Of a stretch of 64,000 bases of DNA, positions 33,492 through 45,600 are shown piece after piece. Source of the stretch: Octopus sinensis (Eukaryota); contig NC_043025.1 of assembly GCF_006345805.1 (NCBI RefSeq), forward strand, positions 10,168,001 to 10,232,000. The letters run 5' to 3'. A program made the translations under genes and the position numbers. How positions within the stretch are numbered: position 1 is the first letter of the stretch; every line of letters starts with the position of its first letter. The notes below the pieces were generated by a model. That model saw only the letters and a list, made by a program, of their open reading frames with translations. It was not told the origin of the DNA and made no database searches.

Positions 33492-33842
33492 GGAGTGGCT
33501 GTGTGGTAAGTAGCTTGTTTACCAACCACATGGTTCCGGGTTCAGTCCCACTGCATGGCACCTTGGGCAAGTGTCTTCTACTATAGCCTCAGGCCGACCA
33601 AAGCCTTGTGAGTGGATTTGGTAGACGGAAACTGAAAGAAGCCCGTCATATGTATGTATATATATATATTATCATGTGTATTTCTCCCCCTAGCATTGCT
33701 TGACAACCGATACTGGTGTGTTTATGTCCCCGTTACTTAGTGGTTCGGCAAATGAGACCGATAGAATAAGTACTGGGCTTACAAAAGAATAAGTCCCGGG
33801 GTCGAGTTGCTCGATTAAATGACTGAAACAAGTAAAAGAGTA
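33492..33842 (+). mobile_element. SINE family A
   Basis: Copy with a deletion in the tail region. Confidence 0.9.
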
Positions 33843-34682
33843 TATATTTATTCACTGGGTTTGTAAAAGAGAGCAAAGCTAGAGGAAACCAAAAGACAAA
33901 TGATCACAATAAGCAGTTAGCTACCCTATCCTAGTTGTTACCACTCCCCAATATAGTATTCCTCACCATACAGATGATGGGCACAGCTGTAAGATGCATT
34001 ACGGATGTATGCCAATTGGAAGGCTGTGACTCAATTCAAATAAGCATTAACAAGTGTGTGACATGAGGGCTAAGGGGAAATGAAAGTGTCACCTTTGAAG
34101 TTTGCCAATGATCACTATGCCGATAGGTAACTGGACAATAAATTTACAATCTATAAATTTCTTTGAATAACCAGTCACTTATCTGAGAAGACCTTGAAAT
34201 CAATGTTACCATCTGGGGACTTTCTCTGATAATAAAATGACTCAAAGGAGGTCTGCAACCAAATAACTTTACTCAGCACTTTGCAGCTGAATCAGTGGAG
34301 GCAAAGATGCCTCTCCTTTACTTGACAATTTATGCACCACATGGCAGAAATAACAATCTAAGTGTATTTCAAAGCAAAGTCTTACACTGTTGTACCACTG
34401 AATTACAAATAATGCTTGGGTGACCCTACAGCTTCCAAGAGTACAATTGTATTCGTCTTGGCTTAGGAAAAATGACTAAACCTGTGGGTGTTAAACCCCC
34501 ATTAAGGGGTGTTAGTAACTTCTAAGAATTTGAAATTTTAGAAATATTGCTTCATTTGTGTGTAATATCCATACTTAAAATTTCATCAACAGCAAAAATA
34601 TATGAATTTTCATGAGGGTTTTGGCCTCATTTATGTCCCGCTCACTTTCAAAGACATACTGTATTACATCTGTCCTTCTGAA

Positions 34683-35059
34683 TCTCTATATATATAAACG
34701 GCAGTTTGGCTGTCAGATTGTACCCTCACCCTGACCACGGCTTTCAACCGATTCTGATGAAACTTGACACACATATAGCCCAATGTCATAATTCAAAACT
34801 AACGCAGCGAAAATTTTGAAAAGTTCCCCCAGTTCTGAAAAAATCGATAAATTCGACATGGGGTCGAGAATCTAAGCTTTTTATATGCAACACATTTTCT
34901 GTCGGGAGAGAGCTAGGAACATCGTATACATAGAAGTATTCGAATGAAGAGAAGACATTGCAACCTACACATGCGCCTTCGTTCCCTAGAGGGAAAGAAC
35001 TAGATTGGGATTAGTCGTTGCCTACTAGGGGCTCTTACATACCCGGGCTATGCTGCTAG
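34683..35059 (+). mobile_element. Non-autonomous Helitron with visible empty site
   Basis: A|TCTCTATAT...gctatgctgCTAG|T. The uninterrupted site is present in the inverted copy at about 36050-36070. Confidence 0.9.
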
Positions 35060-35506
35060 TAGAATATAATTTCCAAATTTTATAAAGATCCATTCAGTAC
35101 CATTGACCTAGTTTTGGATCATAAAAAACGACTAAAATTTGGGAGTTCATGCCCCCAATAGGGGGCGTTAGAATCCTCATGGGAAGTGGAAAGTTGGGGA
35201 ATACTTCTTGATGTGTGTCAATTACCTATGGTTGAAATTTCATCAAAATTGGAAATTTAGGAATTTTCATGAAATTTAGGAATTTTCTGCCCCCTTTAAG
35301 CCACCTCAAATTCAAACCAAACGTACTGCATTATACTCGCCCTTATGTTTTGAATCGAAGTTCCAAATATCATAAGCATCCATTCATGAAATTGTATGGA
35401 ACATACAGCATTACCCTTCTCCCTAGGCTTGGATTTTGTGTTCCAAATTTCATTAGGATCAGGGCAGCAGTTCATTCATTCTGGCCACCAACTGACTTAT
35501 CATGTA

Positions 35507-35853
35507 CTAGCAGCATAGCCTGGCGTTGCCCGGGTATGTAAGAAACTTTGTCGATAAGCAATGCCCTTTACCTTTTTACCCTTTTTTGTACTCATTGAAC
35601 CGTTATTTTGTAAAATGAAGCCTAAAAGGCATTAAGGTATTCAAGGCACCGTTCCCTTGCATGCATGAAGAAAATCTATGACAGTCAAAGTGCATTTTCT
35701 GGTTTGGGGGAACTTTTCAAAATTTTCACTGCGTTAGTTTTGAATTATGACATTGGGCTATGTGTGTGTCAAGTTTCATCAGAATCAGTTGAAAGCCATG
35801 GTCAGGGTAAGGGTACAACCTGACAGACAAACTGCCTTTTATATATATAGAGA
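35507..35853 (-). mobile_element. Non-autonomous Helitron
   Basis: Same termini as 34683-35059, opposite orientation. Confidence 0.87.
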
Positions 35854-35917
35854 TGAAAGCCCTCATCTTCTTTGTATTCCCACATTGGTGACACAGTCTC
35901 TGTACAAAATGAACCAC

Positions 35918-37000
35918 ATGAGATGATATCTAAAAGTTCCTGGACTAGTTATGTTTAACTAATGGGGGCATGAACTCCCGAATTTTAGTCATTTTTTATG
36001 ATCCAAAACTAGGTCAAAAGTACTGAATGGATCTTATAAAATTTGGAAATTATATTCTATGCAGAAGGACAGATGTAACACAGTATTTCTTTGAAAGTGA
36101 TTGGGGCATAAATGAGGCCATAACCCTCATGAGAATTCATATATTTTTGCTGTTGATGAAATTTTAAGTATGGATATTACACACAAATGAAGCAATATTT
36201 CTAAAATTTCAAATTCTTAGAAGTTACTAACACCTTTTAATGGGAGTTTGACAGCCACAGTTTAGTCATTTTTCCTAAGCCAAGACGAATACAATTGTAC
36301 TCTTGGAAGCTGTAGGGAAAATAACTTATTTACCTAAGCTTTAACATCATCTCCTTCGAAATAGTCACCATATATAGGCGCAAGAGTGGCTGTGTGGTAA
36401 GTAGCTTGTTTACCAACCACATGGTTCTGGGTTCAGTCCCACTGCGTGGCATCTTGGGCAAGTGTCTTCTACTATAGCCTCGGGCCGACCAAAGCCTTGT
36501 GAGTGGATTTGGTAGACGGAAACTGAAAGAAGCCCGTTGTATATATATGTATATGTTTGTGTGTCTGTGTTTGTCCCCCTAGCATTGCTTGACAACCGAT
36601 GCTGGTGTGTTTATGTCTCCTTCACTTAGCGGTTCGGCAAAAGAGACCGATAGAATAAGTACTGGGCTTACAAAAGAATAAGTCCCAGGGTCGATTTGCT
36701 CGACTAAAGGCGGTGCTCCAGCATGGCCGCAGTCAAATGACTGAAACAAGTAAAAGAGTATGTACAGCAATACACTGGTCCCAGCATTCCTGTCACTTTT
36801 GAAATCCGGCCTGGAAGTCACTTTCTGTAAGTGAGTTGAGACCTGCAATTCGCTCTGGATCTTGATAAGGGTATTAAAATGGCAACCTTTCAGCTACATT
36901 TTCATCTTGGGGAAGAGATGAAAGTCTGCAGGTGCTAAATCTGGCGAATAGGCCAAGTGTGGAAGCGATGCCCCCAGGTCTGACCATTGATCAAGAGTTC
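35918..37000 (-). mobile_element. Second, older mariner fragment interrupted by two insertions
   Basis: YSPDLAPADFHLF and C-terminal WDQCIAV...GDYFEGD, the latter split by SINE A. Putative TIR atgagatgatatctaaaagttcctggact at about 35918. Confidence 0.75.
36377..36760 (+). mobile_element. SINE family A nested in mariner coding sequence
   Basis: Separates the GDYFEGD and WDQCIAV codons. Confidence 0.92.
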
Positions 37001-37162
37001 TACTGCAATGTTTGGAAGTATTTGAGGAAGGACCTGTGGAGTGTGATGAATTGGATTCTTCATGACAACAATGTACTCTGTCACCAAGGTCCCCATCACT
37101 CATGAGGGGAGGAGGGGCAGTCGATTAGATCGACCCCAGTACATAACTGATACTTAATTTAA

Positions 37163-37575
37163 GGCGGTGAGCTGGCAGAAACGTTAGCACACCGGGCGAA
37201 ATGCTTAGCAGTATTTCGTCTGCATTATGTTGTGAGTTCAAATTCCGACGAGGTCGACTTTGTCTTTCATCCTTTCGGGGTCGATAAATTAAGTACCAGT
37301 TACACACTGGGGTCGATGTAATCAACTTAATACCCATGTCTGTCCTTGTTTGTCCCCTCTGTGTTTAGCCCCTTGTGGACAGTAAAGAAACAGGTATTTC
37401 GTCTGCCACTACGTTCTGAGTTCAAATTCCAACGAGGTCGACTTTGCCTTTCATCCTTTTGGGGTCGATAAATTAAGTACCAGTTATGCACTGGGGTCGA
37501 TGTAATCAACTTAATACCTATGTCTGTCCTTGTTTGTCCCCTCTGTGTTTAGCCCCTTGTGGGTAATAAAGAAAT
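37163..37575 (+). mobile_element. SINE family C dimer (head plus 2 units) with about 13-bp TSD, nested in an older minus-strand SINE C
   Basis: Flanks gatacttaattta (37149-37161) and ggtacttaattta (37576-37588). Host fragments at about 37118-37160 and 37576-37693. Confidence 0.88.
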
Positions 37576-37788
37576 AGGTACTTAATTTATTGACCCCGAA
37601 AGTTGACCTCAGCGGAATTTGAACTCAGAGCATAGAGACATGAAATACCGCTAAACATTTTGCTTGGCATACTAACATTTCTGCCAGCTCGCCACAATGA
37701 GGTTTACAACATTTTCAATTCTCAAATAATGAGGGGGAAAGAAGCAACAATTATTTTTTGCTCAATTTATGTTAATTTTACATCTTAA

Positions 37789-39252
37789 CTAATTGCTGCT
37801 ACCTACGGATCGAAACTGAGATCTGCAAGAAGGGCTTCTCATCAAGATGATGGTCCTACCAATAGTCAGCTCAACGAGCAGTTGCTGTTGCTCAAACAAG
37901 AGGTCGAGCACCTAAAGTCTGTTGTTGCTCTCTTACTGAATAAACAGTCTCCTGTTGACACAGAGTCACCCTTGATTTCTTCCCTGGAGACGTCCAAACC
38001 GAAGGGAACAAAATCGAAGTGGCCAAAGAAGGCGAAGGAACCGGCGGTCGTTTCTGCACATGATCGTTCCTGTGCGGATTCTTCCCCATCTGCCTTTTCG
38101 GTCCCGGAGGTTCCCCAACCGAATTTGAGGAGCGTAGACTCAAACACACCTGAAGACCGTTGTTCTCCCCAAAAGAAGAAATGTCGTCAAAACTCCAGTG
38201 GGGCGGATTTAGCTATGAAACCTGACCACGATAAACAGTCTCCTGTTGACGCAGAGTCACCCTTGATTTCTTCCCTGGAGACGTCCAAACCGAAGGGAAC
38301 AAAATCGAAGCGGCCAAAGAAGGCGAAGGAACCGGCGGTCGTTTCTGCACGTGATCGTTCCTGTGCGGATTCTTCCTCATCTGCCTTTTCGGTCCCGGAG
38401 GTTCCCCAACCTAATTTGAGGAGCGTAGACTCAAACCCATCTGAAGACCGTTGTTCTCCCCAAAAGAAGAAACGTAGTCAAAACTCCAGAGGGGCAGATT
38501 TGGCTATGAAACCTGATCACGATAAAATCCGTTTGGATTCTCCCTCACCTGTCCTTCCCATTAATGCCATTGCTCAACCAATTCTGAACGATCTCGATGT
38601 GAGTTCATCTGGGGAGTGGCGCTCCCCCAAACCGAAGAAGAGGCAGTGCAGTTCCAAACCAGGCGGGAAAATTATGACCACTAAACCCATTCCGATCGAC
38701 CCCACAGGCCGACATAAGTCCGATGGCTATGAAACCACCCTTTCGAAATCCTCCAATGAAGAATCGAATACCACAGCTCATAGTAGAGAACATTTTGCCC
38801 ACTCAAGATCAGCAATAATTTACGGTAAAGCTGAATCCACCCGTGATACAGGCATAAACCGCCTAAAAGATGACATTAATTTTGTTTCCATTTTGGTTGG
38901 AGAATTGTTCTCTGTGAACGAAAAGGTCAGTGTCCTTAAGGTCGCTCGGCTAGGAAGATTCCAAGCGAACCCAACCGCAGATACTAGACCACGCCCAATA
39001 AGGGTAATCTTTTCTTCTGATCGGGAGGCTTCAGTCTTTCTGAACAGAGCTCAGACGCATGCCTGGGAGGACCCCAATATGGGTTTTCGCGAGGATTACT
39101 CACTAAGAGAGAGAATTCGCCGGAGAAACCTGATATCCGAACTAAAGATGAGGAAACAAATGGGAGAGAAGGGTTTACGAATCCAAGATGGACAGATAAT
39201 CAAGTCCTACCTCTGGTCCCATGCTGTAGTGCTGACAGGGAAAGTGATGTGA
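37789..39252 (+). CDS. LINE ORF1-like protein (CR1/L2-type) with an internal 97-aa duplication
   Basis: Frame open from 37789 with no in-frame ATG until codon LAMKP. N-terminal coiled-coil-like segment. C-terminal motifs AIIYG, RLG...RPRPIRVIF, FREDYS...ER, LRIQDGQII. Directly followed by an APE endonuclease ORF. Confidence 0.8.
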   Translation, partial: LIAATYGSKLRSARRASHQDDGPTNSQLNEQLLLLKQEVEHLKSVVALLLNKQSPVDTESPLISSLETSKPKGTKSKWPKKAKEPAVVSAHDRSCADSSPSAFSVPEVPQPNLRSVDSNTPEDRCSPQKKKCRQNSSGADLAMKPDHDKQSPVDAESPLISSLETSKPKGTKSKRPKKAKEPAVVSARDRSCADSSSSAFSVPEVPQPNLRSVDSNPSEDRCSPQKKKRSQNSRGADLAMKPDHDKIRLDSPSPVLPINAIAQPILNDLDVSSSGEWRSPKPKKRQCSSKPGGKIMTTKPIPIDPTGRHKSDGYETTLSKSSNEESNTTAHSREHFAHSRSAIIYGKAESTRDTGINRLKDDINFVSILVGELFSVNEKVSVLKVARLGRFQANPTADTRPRPIRVIFSSDREASVFLNRAQTHAWEDPNMGFREDYSLRERIRRRNLISELKMRKQMGEKGLRIQDGQIIKSYLWSHAVVLTGKVM

Positions 39253-40155
39253 GGGCAAATCGAAGTGAAGTTGATACCCCCGTCAACGATGCTATTTCTG
39301 ATACCCCTTATTCTGCTTGTTCCCCAAAACCCGCCCCTCAGACTTCACAGCTCAGCATCATCTACACCAACTCGTGCTCCTTATTCCCAAAGTTCAGTGA
39401 ACTATTTACACTAGCCATACGTGACTCCCCTGATGTGATAGCTATCACCGAGACTTGGCTGACTCCAGCAGTAAAGGACTCAGAAATCCACCTGCAGGGC
39501 TACATCCTTTTCAGATGTGACAGAGGAAAAAGGCGAGGTGGAGGTGTTGCTGTGTATGTTAAGTCTGAGCACAAACCGTCCAGCGGTATTCTACCCACTA
39601 ATGCTCAGCCTACAACAAAATTCGATGCCGTCTATTGCAAGCTGAGCCTATCTGAGTTTTGCCTGCCCGTGTTGGCTGTCTACAGGCCGCCTCTTGCCGA
39701 CCCCCAGGACGATGCTCATTTACTCGAAGCGATAAGATTCGTTTCAGCTTTGCATGACTGTTTGGTACTAGGAGACTTCAACGCTCCCACGATCGATTGG
39801 CCCGCATCAATTTGTACATCTTCCCGGTTCGGCCAGGCCCTTCTTGATGTGGCTGAAGATTGTTTTCTATCGCAACATGTTGAATATCCGACAAGGCATC
39901 GGTCTGGGCAGCAGCCATCTATGCTAGATCTGGTATTCTCACGCTATCCAAGATCAGTGTGCGCCCCTCTTGCCAAGAGTGATCATGCGGTCCTGAAGTT
40001 CGTCATGCACACAACTTTTTCTACGCCCACGACTACTTCGCTGCCACGTAGAGTCTTCTCTGCAATTAATCTTGAAATTCTAACCGAGGCTTCCGCGCTT
40101 CTGGACTGGCGATCCCTGATGACGTTGTCCTCAGTTGACGAACTATGGTCATCCC
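39249..40155 (+). mobile_element. LINE ORF2 APE endonuclease domain, 3'-truncated before the RT
   Basis: Motifs IIYTN, PDVIAITETWL, RGGGVAVYV, VYRPP, GDFNAP, LDLVF and SDH. Fused to a SINE B body at about 40156. Confidence 0.93.
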
Positions 40156-40470
40156 TGGGCGTTGTGAGTGTTTATTGAGCGAAAACACCTAAAAGCTCCA
40201 CGAGGCTCCGGCAGGGGGTGGTGGTGATCCCTGCTGTACTCTTTCACCACAACTTTCTCTCACTCTTTCTTCCTGTTTCTGTTGTACCTGTATTTCAAAG
40301 GGGCCGGCCTTGTCACTCTCTGTTTCACGCTGAATAACCCCGACAACTACGTTAAGGGTGCACGTGTCTGTGGAGTGCTCAGCCACTTACATGTTAATTT
40401 CACAAGCAGGCTGTTCCGTCATAACCGACGGAGTGCTTCCAAACAACCGAATCAATGCTGTTCAATCACA
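40156..40470 (+). mobile_element. Headless SINE B body followed by a SINE D-like 3' part
   Basis: gggcgttgtgagtgtttattgagcgaaaacacc matches SINE B; gttaagggtgcacgtgtctgtggagtgctcagcc matches 42052-42340. Confidence 0.75.
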
Positions 40471-40637
40471 GGCCACAATCTTCCAATCATTCATCCTAGC
40501 AGTCATTAATATAGATCAGATCAAAGCAACGAGGCTGGCAGAAATTGTCAGCATTCAAATGACTGAAACAAGTAAAATAGTAAAACAGTATTTAGGATTT
40601 TTCACACAGATATATACTGACCCTCTCATCTTGGTTA

Positions 40638-41990
40638 CATCATCATCATCATCATCATTGTTCGACCGTGGTCGAGACAATGGTATTTACCATGCTACGC
40701 CAGACTTCACGGTCCATCATGGCATTACGGAGGTCCTGTTGCTGGATGCCTGTATCCCTGGAGATTACATCAGGGTAGGAGAGTGTGTGCCCTCTGGTAT
40801 TGCGAGCAGATGGCTTCCAGAGGAGAAGAGTAGAAATTACTTCTTTTTCAGCTCTACAACAATGTCCAGCAAACTGGACTCTTCTACGTGTCTGGACTTT
40901 TAACGTGTCTATGTGTGTGTGTATGTGTATATATATGTATGTATATATATCATCATTCATTGTTCGACCGTGGTCGAGACAATGGAATTTACCATGCTAC
41001 GCCTGACTTCACGGTCCATCATAGCATTACGGAGGTCCTGTTGCTGGAGGCCTGTATCCCTGGAGATTACATCAGGGTAGGAGAGTGTGTGCCCTCTGGT
41101 ATTGCGAGCAGATGGCTTCCAGAGGAGAAGAGTAGAAATTACTTCTTTTTCAGCTCTACAACAATGTCCAGCAAACTGGACTCTTCTACGTGTCTGGACT
41201 TTTAACGTGTCTATGTGTGTGTGTATGTGTATATATATATGTATGTATATATATCATCATTCATTGTTCGACCGTGGTCGAGACAATGGAATTTACCATG
41301 CTACGCCTGACTTCACGGTCCATCATAGCATTACGGAGGTCCTGTTGCTGGAGGCCTGTATCCCTGGAGATTACATCAGGGTAGGAGAGTGTGTGCCCTC
41401 TGGTATTGCGAGCAGATGGCTTCCAGAGGAGAAGAGTAGAAATTACTTCTTTTTCAGCTCTACAACAATGTCCAGCAAACTGGACTCTCCTACCTTTCAC
41501 AAGAGATGACACAGGTGGTAGTTTCCCATATATTTGTACTTTGGTTGGATGGCGCTTCCACGAGAGATTTTGAGCTCTCATAAGGAGGTGAGTGTAGGTT
41601 CCATCCAACCGCCTCTCAAGTTTCTTTGATAACGTCCAGGTTTCTGAGCCATATAGTAGAACTGGTTCGACTGTGGCTTTGAAGATTTTAAGTTTGAAAT
41701 CTCAACAACCCTGCAACCTATGGCTCTGAGATGATACAGGTGGTAATTTCCCATATATTTGTACTTTGGTTGGATGACTCTTCCACGAGAGATTTTGAGC
41801 TCTCATAAGGAGGCGAGTGTAGGTTCCATCCAACCACCTCTCAAGCTTCTTTGATAACGTCCAGGTTTCTGGGCCATATAGTAGAATTGGTTCGACTGTG
41901 GCTTTGAAGATTTCAAGTTTGAAGTCTCTACTTAGATTTGATGACCAGATCTTATGCATGTCATTACAGGCTGACCAGGCCATACCTGAG
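40638..41990 (-). mobile_element. RTE-type LINE 3' end with tandem re-duplicated segments
   Basis: KLEIFKATVEPILLYGPETWTL and RRVQFAGHC...DREVWR...STTVEQ* followed by a (TGA)n tail. 3' unit x3 (period 302/304), upstream unit x2 (period 225). Confidence 0.9.
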
Positions 41991-42051
41991 AGAGTGAATA
42001 AGGAAGGCTATTTCAATGTAAGTATACATGGCAATAAATTAATTCCAGCAC

Positions 42052-42338
42052 ATATGGTCAAGAGTTCAATCCCTGGCAACGCATTGTGTCCTTGAGCAAG
42101 ACACTTTACTTCACATTGCTCCAGTCCACTCAACTGGCAAAAATGAGTAGTGTCCGTATTTGAAAGGGGCCAGCCATGTCACATTCTGTGTCTTGCTGAA
42201 TCTCCCTGAGAAATATGTTAAGGGTACACTTTGTCTGTGGAGCACTCAGCCGCTTTCGCATTAAATTCACGAGGGAGCTGTTCCGTTGGTTGATCATATC
42301 AACTGGAACCCTCATTATTGTAAGCGATAGAGTGCCAG

Positions 42339-42340
<2 letters not shown>
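42052..42340 (+). mobile_element. SINE family D-like
   Basis: gagttcaatccc B-box-like sequence; tgtgtccttgagcaagacact...ttgctccagtccactca. Confidence 0.78.
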
Positions 42341-42386
<46 letters not shown>

Positions 42387-42392
42387 ATATAT

Positions 42393-42439
<47 letters not shown>

Positions 42440-42574
42440 TATATACATACATACATATATGTATACATGTATGTATATACATACATATATACATATGTAC
42501 GTATGTATGTATGTATATATATATATATACACACACATGTACATATATATATATATACACACATGTACATACAT

Positions 42575-42637
<63 letters not shown>

Positions 42638-42640
<3 letters not shown>

Positions 42641-45600
42641 TGGTGGTGGTGGTGGTGGTGGTGGTTGAAGGAGTGAAGGTAATAGTTAATAGTTGTGATG
42701 GTGGTACTGGTGATGATGGTAGTGACAGTAATGGTTGTTGACATTGTGATGGTATTAGTGGTGGTGGCTGTGGTGGTGTCAGTTGTGGTAGTGGTGGTAG
42801 TAGTGGTAGCGGTTGTAGAAGTAATAGCAGTGGTGGTGGTGGTGGTGGTAGAGGCAGAAGTGACCGTGGTGGTGACGGTGGTGGTGGTGGTGGTGGTGGT
42901 GGTAGTAGAGGCAGAAGTGACAGTGGTGGTGGTGGTGGTGGTGGTGGTGGTGGTAGAGGCAGAAGTGACAGTGGTGGTGATGGTGGTGGTGGTGGTAGAG
43001 GCAGAAGTGACAGTGGTGGTGATGGTGGTGGTGGTGGTGGTGGTGGTAGAGGCAGAAGTGACAGTGGTGGTGATGGTGGTGGTGGTGGTGGTGGTGGTGG
43101 TAGAGGCAGAAGTGACAGTGGTGGTGATGGTGGTGGTGGTGGTGGTGGTGGTAGTAGAGGCAGAAGTGACAGTGGTGGTGATGGTGGTGGTGGTGGTGGT
43201 GGTGGTAGTAGAGGCAGAAGTGACAGTGGTGGTGATGGTGGTGGTGGTGGTAGAGGCAGAAGTGACAGTGGTGGTGATGGTGGTGGTGGTGGTGGTGGTG
43301 GTGGTAGAGGCAGAAGTGACAGTGGTGGTGATGGTGGTGGTGGTGGTGGTGGTGGTAGAGGCAGAAGTGACAGTGGTGGTGATGGTGGTGGTGGTGGTGG
43401 TGGTAGTAGAGGCAGAAGTGACAGTGGTGGTGATGGTGGTGGTGGTGGTGGTGGTAGTAGAGGCAGAAGTGACAGTGGTGGTGATGGTGGTGGTGGTGGT
43501 GGTGGTGGTAGAGGCAGAAGTGACAGTGGTGGTGATGGTGGTGGTGGTGGTGGTGGTGGTAGAGGCAGAAGTGACAGTGGTGGTGATGGTGGTGGTGGTG
43601 GTGGTGGTGGTGGTAGAGGCAGAAGTGACAGTGGTGGTGATGGTGGTGGTGGTGGTGGTGGTGGTGGTGGTAGAGGCAGAAGTGACAGTGGTGGTGATGG
43701 TGGTGGTGGTGGTGGTGGTGGTGGTGGTAGAGGCAGAAGTGACAGTGGTGGTGATGGTGGTGGTGGTGGTGGTGGTAGTAGAGGCAGAAGTGACAGTGGT
43801 GGTGATGGTGGTGGTGGTGGTGGTGGTGGTAGAGGCAGAAGTGACAGTGGTGGTGATGGTGGTGGTGGTGGTGGTGGTGGTAGAGGCAGAAGTGACAGTG
43901 GTGGTGATGGTGGTGGTGGTGGTGGTGGTGGTGGTGGTAGAGGCAGAAGTGACAGTGGTGGTGATGGTGGTGGTGGTGGTGGTGGTGGTGGTGGTGGTAG
44001 AGGCAGAAGTGACAGTGGTGGTGATGGTGGTGGTGGTGGTGGTGGTGGTAGAGGCAGAAGTGACAGTGGTGGTGATGGTGGTGGTGGTGATGGTGGTGGT
44101 GGTGGTGGTGGTAGAGGCAGAAGTGACAGTGGTGGTGATGGTGGTGGTGGTGGTGGTGGTGGTAGAGGCAGAAGTGACAGTGGTGGTGATGGTGGTGGTG
44201 GTGATGGTGGTGGTGGTGGTAGAGGCAGAAGTGACAGTGGTGGTGATGGTGGTGGTGGTGGTGGTGGTGGTAGAGGCAGAAGTGACAGTGGTGGTGATGG
44301 TGGTGATGGTGGTGGTGGTGGTGGTAGAGGCAGAAGTGACAGTGGTGGTGATGGTGGTGGTGGTGGTGGTGGTGGTAGTAGAGGCAGAAGTGACAGTGGT
44401 GGTGATGGTGGTGGTGGTGGTGGTGGTGGTAGAGGCAGAAGTGACAGTGGTGGTGATGGTGGTGGTGGTGGTGGTGGTGGTAGAGGCAGAAGTGACAGTG
44501 GTGGTGATGGTGGTGGTGGTGGTGGTGGTGGTGGTGGTAGAGGCAGAAGTGACAGTGGTGGTGATGGTGGTGGTGGTGGTGGTGGTGGTGGTGGTGTAGA
44601 GGCAGAAGTGACAGTGGTGGTGATGGTGGTGGTGGTGTGGTGGTGTGGTGGTGGTGGTAGAGGCAGAAGTGACAGTGGTGGTGATGGTGGTGGTGGTGGT
44701 GGTGGTGGTGGTGGTAGAGGCAGAAGTGACAGTGGTGGTGATGGTGGGTGGTGGTGGTGGTGGTGGTGGTAGAGGCAGAAGTGACAGTGGTGGTGATGGT
44801 GGTGATGGTGGTGGTGGTGGTGGTGGTGGTGGTGGTGGTGGTAGAGGCAGAAGTGACAGTGGTGGTGATGGTGGTGGTGGTGATGGTGGTGGTGGTGTGG
44901 TGGTGGTGGTGGTAGAGGCAGAAGTGACAGTGGTGGTGATGGTGGTGGTGGTGGTGGTGGTGGTAGAGGCAGAAGTGACAGTGGTGGTGATGGTGGTGGT
45001 GGTGGTGGTGGTGGTAGAGGCAGAAGTGACAGTGGTGGTGATGGTGGTGGTGGTGGTGGTGGTGGTGGTAGAGGCAGAAGTGACAGTGGTGGTGATGGGT
45101 GTGGTGGTGGTGGTGGTGGTGGTGGTAGAGGCAGAAGTGACAGTGGTGGTGATGGTGGTGGTGGTGGTGGTGGTGGTAGAGGCAGAAGTGACAGTGGTGG
45201 TGATGGTGGTGGTGGTGGTGGTGGTGGGTGGTAGAGGCAGAAGTGACAGTGGTGGTGTGGTGGTGGTGGTGGTGGTGGTGGTGGTGGTAGAGGCAGAAGT
45301 GACAGTGGTGGTGATGGTGGTGGTGGTGTGGTGGTGGTGGTGGTAGAGGCAGAAGTGACAGTGGTGGTGATGGTGGTGGTGGTGTGGTGGTGGTGGTGGT
45401 AGAGGCAGAAGTGACAGTGGTGGTGATGGTGGTGGTGGTGGTGGTGGTGGTGGTGGTAGAGGCAGAAGTGACAGTGGTGGTGATGGTGGTGGTGGTGGAT
45501 GGTGGTGGTGGTGGTAGAGGCAGAAGTGACAGTGGTGGTGATGGTGGTGGTGGTGGTGGTGGTGGTAGAGGCAGAAGTGACAGTGGTGGTGATGGTGGTG

